This document shows, piece by piece, positions 58,210 through 64,000 of a stretch of 64,000 bases of DNA. The stretch is from a virus: IMG/VR virus record IMGVR_UViG_3300026544_000002, positions 1-64,000 of that record; one strand, given 5' to 3'. The notes below the pieces were generated by a model, which had not been told where the DNA came from, ran no database searches, and saw only the letters and a program-made list of their open reading frames with translations. A program made the position numbers and the translations under genes. Position 1 is the stretch's first letter. The number at the start of each line of letters is the position of its first letter.

Positions 58210-60756
58210 TTATTGTACCAATCTAATTGTTATATTTGTTGAATTGAAATATAATAATTCTGGTGTATAATGTAATAATTGATCAGTAGTTAATTCTTCT
58301 AATCTATAATTATAGAATATATTCGTAACAGGTTTTATTAGACGGCAATGATCAACTCCTTGTGTGTTTTGGATAGTTGCTACTATTTCACTTCTATTCA
58401 AATATGATTGACATACCATTCTTGATTTATAATCATTTAATATATTTTCTTTTATTTCATCAATAAAAGCTTGTTTATCAATAGAATAATTATCTTGCAT
58501 TCTAACATCTGCTTCTATTAATAATGGTATTTCAAAAATAGGTTCGATCCAATCATGACCTGTATATATATATTTCTTTTCAGTATTTTTTGCATAAATA
58601 ATATCATCCATTTCTGGTTTTACATATGACCATTCTGTTGAAGATGTGCTATCAGCTCCTTTTGTACAAATAGCAATATAGCCAATTGGTACATCTTTCC
58701 AATCAATTATATCATCATTAACAATAAATCTTTCGTTTGTTTCTGGTTCGTGTTCGAATTGAGAAATATTGATATAATCAATTGGTAATCTTGTTTCTCT
58801 ATTTAATAACATATTTTTTAAATATTGAGAAGTATTTGCAAATTTAATATTTGTAAAATCTGTTATCATTCTAGTCTTCTTAAAATCAACATTATCAATA
58901 ATTCTTTGGAAAACATGATATTCAAACTCTTCTTTATTTTCAACAGCATCATAATATTTTTTATTTACAACAGGAATATCATAAACAGAAACAGTACCAT
59001 CGTTATTTACAATAGTATTTGATAACATCATCTGATCTAAATTTTTACGGAAAGTAAAATTAACAGAATAAGTATTTAATTGACCAAGATTGCTATGTGA
59101 AAAAATAAAAGTATATGTTTCATTACTTTCTGGTAATCTCTCATATGGTTCGATATATACTTCAAAAAAACCTTCGCTCGTATCACCATTATTAGATTGA
59201 ACAATATTCATAGCAGATGTATTTAATGTCATTGGAACATTTATCATTGTGTTTGAAACTGTCATTGTACATGATATTTCATTATAATCAATTTCCATCG
59301 TTTGAAAAAATATACGTAATCTGATTCTATTGTCATATGTTTGTACATATAAATAATTACCAAAAAAGACATAATCTTCGATAGGGATATTTGTCGATTC
59401 TAGAACCAAATTATATTTGACACTATTAGTTATATATTTATAACGAGTTACTTCTAAATCAGGATCAACTAATAAATCAAAAGGTGACACAAATTCTTCA
59501 TTATTAAATTCAAATATTGTATATTTATCAATTACAATACTATTCGTGGTGTCTAGTTCAATATAAATATTTTCTGTTGGTACGATAGTGTTATTGTATT
59601 TCAATAATGTAAATAATTGAATTTCATTTGTCCGTATATCACTTCGTTTTAATACTGGATAAGTATTTAATGCTAATGGAGAATTTGGCATTAACGAACC
59701 AACATTCATATAATCATTTTCAGAGACAAATCTGTGTAATGCAGTTAGATTATCAATTGCTAAATATTTGATTTCTTCGAGAGTTGGTTCGTTAATTCCT
59801 CCCACACCAGGTGTACCATTCAAAGCTGAATAATTAACAGTGAAATGTTCTCCTGTATCAGTTGCAACAGCATTTATTCTTGGTGTATTTGTTATAACTC
59901 CTTTTATGACATTACCATCAAATCCAGATGTTGTGTAAGCAGTTACATATATTCTCGCTCCTACTGGAGGTTGTACTCCGATCAAGCCATTCCCGAAAGA
60001 CAACTTATATCCATTGTCTGTTTTTCTTGCAACAAAACCATGATCAGTTGAAGACATTAAATAAATAGATTTAAATTGTTCATATATTTGTTCTATCGTG
60101 CTTCCATCTTCTACTATTATTACTTTTATTTTTGCTAATTGTCCAGATGTTTTGATGGCATAATCAGTAAATCTATATTCAGTTGAATTAGCACCAACAG
60201 AAAATTCAAATTTTTCTATTTCCATTTGATCTAATGATACCATTATATTGAATACGTGTTCTTCTGGAATGATAGTAACAGGAACTATTTCTGATTTTCC
60301 ATCTTTGAATTTATAACATTGTACCATTGAATTTGCTGTCACGGTTGTTCTTATCGAATAATTTAAAATAAATTTTGTTTCTAATGCTCTGAATTCAGTA
60401 CCTTCTGGTATTTCAAAAATAATCTCATTGAATTCGAATCTAAATGGGAATGTTAAAATAACTTCTACGGAAGAACTTTTTGCATTTTCTGGTTTATATC
60501 CAATACTAGCAGCACCATCTATTACAGAATTATCTAATTGTGCTTTTGTTAAAAAGAATTCACGGTAAACTGATATCTGATAAAAAAGAATATTAGCAGT
60601 TAATGTGGATAATATACCAATTATATAAGATAGAAAAGAAGATTTAGTTAAATCTACATCTGTTAATTCAAGATAATTTTTTATTTCTTTAATTATCTGA
60701 CTTTGTATCGCATCCCGTGAGAGAAATATTTCTTTAGACAAAGATGAAATTTTCAT
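58210..60756 (-). CDS. baseplate wedge subunit (T4 gp6-like)
   Basis: REFFLTKAQLDNSV…IGYKP, LSFGNGLIGVQPPVGA, GGINEPTLEEIK…RFVSENDY. Confidence 0.85.
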   Translation of the reverse strand: MKISSLSKEIFLSRDAIQSQIIKEIKNYLELTDVDLTKSSFLSYIIGILSTLTANILFYQISVYREFFLTKAQLDNSVIDGAASIGYKPENAKSSSVEVILTFPFRFEFNEIIFEIPEGTEFRALETKFILNYSIRTTVTANSMVQCYKFKDGKSEIVPVTIIPEEHVFNIMVSLDQMEIEKFEFSVGANSTEYRFTDYAIKTSGQLAKIKVIIVEDGSTIEQIYEQFKSIYLMSSTDHGFVARKTDNGYKLSFGNGLIGVQPPVGARIYVTAYTTSGFDGNVIKGVITNTPRINAVATDTGEHFTVNYSALNGTPGVGGINEPTLEEIKYLAIDNLTALHRFVSENDYMNVGSLMPNSPLALNTYPVLKRSDIRTNEIQLFTLLKYNNTIVPTENIYIELDTTNSIVIDKYTIFEFNNEEFVSPFDLLVDPDLEVTRYKYITNSVKYNLVLESTNIPIEDYVFFGNYLYVQTYDNRIRLRIFFQTMEIDYNEISCTMTVSNTMINVPMTLNTSAMNIVQSNNGDTSEGFFEVYIEPYERLPESNETYTFIFSHSNLGQLNTYSVNFTFRKNLDQMMLSNTIVNNDGTVSVYDIPVVNKKYYDAVENKEEFEYHVFQRIIDNVDFKKTRMITDFTNIKFANTSQYLKNMLLNRETRLPIDYINISQFEHEPETNERFIVNDDIIDWKDVPIGYIAICTKGADSTSSTEWSYVKPEMDDIIYAKNTEKKYIYTGHDWIEPIFEIPLLIEADVRMQDNYSIDKQAFIDEIKENILNDYKSRMVCQSYLNRSEIVATIQNTQGVDHCRLIKPVTNIFYNYRLEELTTDQLLHYTPELLYFNSTNITIRLVQ

Positions 60757-60769
60757 ATATTACAAATCC

Positions 60770-61432
60770 TTATATTAAATAAAAACCAGTATGTTCATCA
60801 AAACGGTTTTTAACTATATTTTTTAAATTAGAATTAGTTTCTAATAATTTCAATAAAATATTTGCATTTTCTATTGTATGTATTTGTTTAGCATAATCAA
60901 AAAACATATATGTATCAAGGGTTTGGTTTTCTACTTCTGAAATTTTTCTAGATTGATCAACTTCTAATTTTAATTTCCAGAAACGCCTATCTGTATTAGG
61001 AGCTATTTCTACACCAGATACATGATAAACTGGATGTGCATTTGGATACATTTGTAAATAATCTTGTTCGAATTGTATAATATCATGTGGTAATGGTGTA
61101 AAACCATATTCGGAAGGGATGACACAATATGTTTCTGTTAATTTATTTTGACCTATTTCAGATGCATCAAAACCAATTGAAGATATTTCGTCAATGAAAA
61201 AAACAGGTAATAATAATATTTTATCCCATCTTATTCCTGTTAATTCTCCAATTTCCTCATACGCACCACCCATCAAATATTCATTATCCCAAATAGTTTC
61301 ATCATTATTTAAATGAAAATACGTAGTCAAAAAAGCTACTGCATCTTTTGCATAATATTCATAAGCTAGATATTGATATTCATGAATATAATGATAAAGT
61401 CTTTCCCATAATTGAGGTGATGACATAATCAA
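60770..61432 (-). CDS. probable virion structural protein
   Basis: In the baseplate operon; TTYFHLN…AYEEIGELTGIRWDKILLLPVF. Confidence 0.6.
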   Translation of the reverse strand: MIMSSPQLWERLYHYIHEYQYLAYEYYAKDAVAFLTTYFHLNNDETIWDNEYLMGGAYEEIGELTGIRWDKILLLPVFFIDEISSIGFDASEIGQNKLTETYCVIPSEYGFTPLPHDIIQFEQDYLQMYPNAHPVYHVSGVEIAPNTDRRFWKLKLEVDQSRKISEVENQTLDTYMFFDYAKQIHTIENANILLKLLETNSNLKNIVKNRFDEHTGFYLI

Positions 61433-61548
61433 TTTCCATTATTTGATAATTTTTTAAAAATATAATATAAAAATTTATCAATATAAATAAGATTTTTCTC
61501 TACATATATTGCAAATAAAAAACCTAAAATAAAAAAAAATAAATTCAT
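61429..61548 (-). CDS. 39-aa hydrophobic peptide (MNLFFFILGFLFAIYV…), absent from ORF track
   Basis: ATGA-coupled to the upstream mini-ORF; fills the intergenic gap; one TM segment. Confidence 0.45.
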   Translation of the reverse strand: MNLFFFILGFLFAIYVEKNLIYIDKFLYYIFKKLSNNGN

Positions 61549-61634
61549 TTTATACTCTTAATAAAACCTATTATGATTTTCAAAAAAATCATAGCAAATA
61601 TACCCAATAAAAAATACCTCCATTCATAATTCAT
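61545..61634 (-). CDS. 29-aa hydrophobic peptide (MNYEWRYFLLGIFAMIFLKIIIGFIKSIK), absent from ORF track
   Basis: Starts 1 nt after the gp25-like stop; one TM segment. Confidence 0.45.
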   Translation of the reverse strand: MNYEWRYFLLGIFAMIFLKIIIGFIKSIK

Positions 61635-61635
61635 A

Positions 61636-62067
61636 TTATTGACCGTATGAGTTGATTATATCTAATGATAATTCTTTGACAGTACCTTTGTATTCAACAT
61701 CTATTTTAACATTAAATCCTTTTTTAGAAGAAACTCCTTTTAAAAATTTAACTGTTATTTTATTTATTTTAGCACGATTATCATAATAATATACACTGTT
61801 ATATATTTCTTCTCTTATTATATTTTGAGTATCCCCATCAACTGGTTCAAATATCAAATCAAATAAACCACTACCATAATTAGGATCATGGTCAAAAGTA
61901 CCTCTTGGTGTCAACAAAATATTATTCCAAGAATTTATGATAACATCTATATTTTCTATTCTTATAAAATCTTTAGTGGCATCATTTTTTGGAATATAAT
62001 CAAAATATTTTATTTCAGTTGTTCTAGTTCTAGATGATAAATGAAATCTAGATAATGGATTTGCCAT
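61636..62067 (-). CDS. baseplate wedge protein, GPW/gp25 family
   Basis: INSWNNILLTPRGTFDHDPNYGSGLFDLIFEP…DNRAKI. Confidence 0.88.
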   Translation of the reverse strand: MANPLSRFHLSSRTRTTEIKYFDYIPKNDATKDFIRIENIDVIINSWNNILLTPRGTFDHDPNYGSGLFDLIFEPVDGDTQNIIREEIYNSVYYYDNRAKINKITVKFLKGVSSKKGFNVKIDVEYKGTVKELSLDIINSYGQ

Positions 62068-62112
62068 ATAAAACCTCTGAAAATGTTGAATTAATGGAAG
62101 AAATGAATCTTA

Positions 62113-62313
62113 TTATGAATTCATTTCTTCCATTAATTTTTGTTTTTTATCTTCTAAATCATGTTTCCATTTTAAATACGCAGTTAATCTTAAAACAGGC
62201 ATCTGCATAATATTTTGATATGGTTGTTTACCTGCCTCCATGCAAGAAAATATCAATTCATTGTTTGTTTTGATAAATTCTTCACGAAATTCTTCACTAG
62301 TACATTGATCGAA
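62113..62313 (-). CDS. overlapping +1-frame ORF (66 codons), tail/baseplate chaperone extension
   Basis: Open from the TTT-CGA site to TAA 62113: …ELIFSCMEAGKQPYQNIMQMPVLRLTAYLKWK…; internal ATG 62241 has no RBS. Confidence 0.55.
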   Translation of the reverse strand, partial: FDQCTSEEFREEFIKTNNELIFSCMEAGKQPYQNIMQMPVLRLTAYLKWKHDLEDKKQKLMEEMNS

Positions 62314-63082
62314 AGAAATTATCGACTAAGTCGATATCAATTACCTCCACTTTACCACATGCTGGACAATTCACTTTCATTTTTAATGAAATTTTATATT
62401 TTCCAAAATTTTCTTTATAAGCATTTTTGATAACAGTTTTATCTTTTGCTGGTAAAGATTCGTATGCAGAAATAATATCATCAAATTCATTATATATAGT
62501 AGGAATAGTAGCTTCTTCTGTTGTTTGTTCGAAGCTATCAATAATCAAACAATCCATTAGGATATCATTTGATTTTCTAGCAGTAAATGCAAATCTACGA
62601 TTGATTTCGTTTTCATCATTTAAAGTAGGTTGTTTGATTTTAAAAACAACTCCTTTTAAAATTTTCAATGGAACAGAAATAACTTTTGAAAGAATTTCAT
62701 TTTCTTCACCTGGATACAAATCCATAGAAAATGTATCAGATGCATTCACTGTTACATCATGAGATTTTCCACAATTACCACAACTAACAGAATAATTTCT
62801 AATTTCTTCATATGTTATATGATATAATCCATATAACAATGCATCACGATCTTTCAATGTTACTGTTTCAAGAAATTTCTTTAAAGTATAACCTTCTGGT
62901 TTTTCTGCAATAGCGTCATATAAACATTTGTTCAAATGTGATAAAATTTTCGATTCATTCATCATACTAGCTTTCAATCGTTCTTCATCACCAACTGTCA
63001 TACTTTTTAATTTGAACGATTGTTTTGTTTGTGGAACAATTACTTCGTACGTGGGCAAAATTGCATTAAATGATGTAAACAT
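62297..63082 (-). CDS. baseplate hub assembly protein (T4 gp26/gp51-like)
   Basis: LPTYEVIVP…KLKSMTVGDEERL, DRDALL, CGNCG and CPACG, ending NFFRSMY; AAGGAG RBS. Confidence 0.8.
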   Translation of the reverse strand: MFTSFNAILPTYEVIVPQTKQSFKLKSMTVGDEERLKASMMNESKILSHLNKCLYDAIAEKPEGYTLKKFLETVTLKDRDALLYGLYHITYEEIRNYSVSCGNCGKSHDVTVNASDTFSMDLYPGEENEILSKVISVPLKILKGVVFKIKQPTLNDENEINRRFAFTARKSNDILMDCLIIDSFEQTTEEATIPTIYNEFDDIISAYESLPAKDKTVIKNAYKENFGKYKISLKMKVNCPACGKVEVIDIDLVDNFFRSMY

Positions 63083-63162
63083 AATCTTTGTTACTCCTTT
63101 TCGTTTTTAGTTATTTTTATTACTTTATGTCTCATTTTATAAAACAAACTTCTAAATAGTTT

Positions 63163-63181
63163 TCTTCAATATTATGTTCCT
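63163..63181 (-). promoter_or_regulatory. candidate late promoter AGG-AACA-TAATAT-TG-AAGA for the baseplate operon
   Basis: Intergenic exact copy, about 85 nt upstream of ATG 63082. Confidence 0.65.
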
Positions 63182-63203
63182 TAAATATAAGTCGAAATCA
63201 TAA

Positions 63204-63782
63204 TTATTTAGATTTTAATTTTTGTAATCTAATTTCTATTTTTTTCTTGAATGATTTTGGATCACTTGTTTTATCAGCCATTGATAAACTTTTCTTTAGT
63301 GCATTTTGTTGCATTTTATATGCATTAGCACGATAATTATTCATACATGCTTCTTTTTCAGAAGCAGTTTTTCCTTTACATGCTTTCGCTGCTTTAGAAA
63401 AATAATTCTTATAAATTTTATATGAAGCAGTTATGACAAGAGCTGCCAAAGCAGTTGCACCAATAACACCACCATGATTCTTGATAGTATCCCAAATAGA
63501 TTTAAAATCCACCATTGGTTTTGGTTTTTCTACACCATTTGACATAATACCTTCTGTTATAATATTTTTGTATTCTTTATTTATATCTTCGATTAATTCT
63601 CCTGTTACTTTTGCTCCAAAAATATTTACACAATCACGATAATTATTTTGCACAAATAACATAGTAGAACCAATTTCAGAAAGCATCTCAATTTCATTTA
63701 ATTCTTTTCGATCAATTCCAAATTGGCCTAAAAAGCTATCATCATTTAATTCATTGATTGTTTCTAATAGTATAGATGACAT
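63204..63782 (-). CDS. probable virion protein with hydrophobic segment and basic C-terminal domain
   Basis: GGVIGATALAALVITASY followed by AAKACKG…KEACM…; AAGGA RBS. Confidence 0.65.
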   Translation of the reverse strand: MSSILLETINELNDDSFLGQFGIDRKELNEIEMLSEIGSTMLFVQNNYRDCVNIFGAKVTGELIEDINKEYKNIITEGIMSNGVEKPKPMVDFKSIWDTIKNHGGVIGATALAALVITASYKIYKNYFSKAAKACKGKTASEKEACMNNYRANAYKMQQNALKKSLSMADKTSDPKSFKKKIEIRLQKLKSK

Positions 63783-63803
63783 CTTACAAATCCTTTTTAA
63801 TTT

Positions 63804-63841
63804 AAAAAAAGGGAGAGAGATTTAAAATCTCTCTCCCTTTT
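63804..63841 (-). terminator. intrinsic terminator
   Basis: AAAAGGGAGAGAGATT/AATCTCTCTCCCTTTT stem with a U7 tract on the minus strand. Confidence 0.88.
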
Positions 63842-63859
63842 GATTAAGAAATTAAATTC

Positions 63860-64000
63860 TTATTTTTTGATTGCAGCAATTTTTGCATTCAGAGCAGCTC
63901 GTGCTTTAGCAGGATTGGTAGAATTTCTGGCAAGAGAAGCACCTTTTCGAAGTGAAGCAATACGAGCTCGCTGTGCTTGTTGTTTTGCTTTCGCCATACA
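63860..64000 (-). CDS. 3' end of a gene paralogous to 63204-63782 (truncated by window edge)
   Basis: …CMAKAKQQAQRARIASLRKGASLARNSTNPAKARAALNAKIAAIKK* aligns with …CMNNYRANAYKMQQNALKKSLSMADKTSDPKSFKKKIEIRLQKLKSK*. Confidence 0.7.
   Translation of the reverse strand, partial: CMAKAKQQAQRARIASLRKGASLARNSTNPAKARAALNAKIAAIKK

Noticed and set aside
1127-63110. Numerous 60-156 aa antisense or out-of-frame ORFs in the track (for example 1127-1555, 12637-12930, 29406-29714, 52911-53381, 55543-55929, 62427-62762)
   Set aside because: They lie within longer, motif-bearing genes, lack RBSs and have the composition expected of shadow ORFs
1-64000. Stop-codon reassignment (alternative genetic code)
   Set aside because: Long conserved genes are intact in code 11, and TAA, TAG and TGA all end genes at sensible positions
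1-64000. CRISPR array, integrase/transposase, group I introns or inteins
   Set aside because: No regularly spaced repeats seen; RNAP, terminase, helicase and topoisomerase ORFs are continuous, with no intein-sized inserts or homing endonuclease motifs recognised

Overview
AT-rich (about 25% GC by eye), densely coded segment of a large myovirus-type (jumbo) phage genome, read in the standard code. 1-45 kb (+ strand) carries replication, recombination and accessory genes: a two-subunit type IIA topoisomerase, SF2 helicase, Mre11/Rad50 pair, RecD2 helicase, dNMP kinase, QueD, FolE2, a radical SAM enzyme and two tRNAs (Arg-UCU and a CAU tRNA that looks like Ile2). It also carries an unsplit beta'/beta multisubunit RNA polymerase and, directly upstream of it, a roughly 9 kb ubiquitin-like conjugation locus (E2-D fusion, pseudo-E2, JAB, E1, nucleic-acid-binding Ubl precursor, then a second E1-like/E2-like pair). 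45.7-64 kb is a virion module: terminase large subunit, tape-measure-like protein and T4-like baseplate genes (gp6, gp25, gp26). This module also holds a candidate phiKZ gp68/AR9 gp226-type sigma-like subunit, a repeated AACA-N6-TG late-promoter motif and a candidate +1 frameshift. All family assignments come from motif recognition by eye; no database searches were run.
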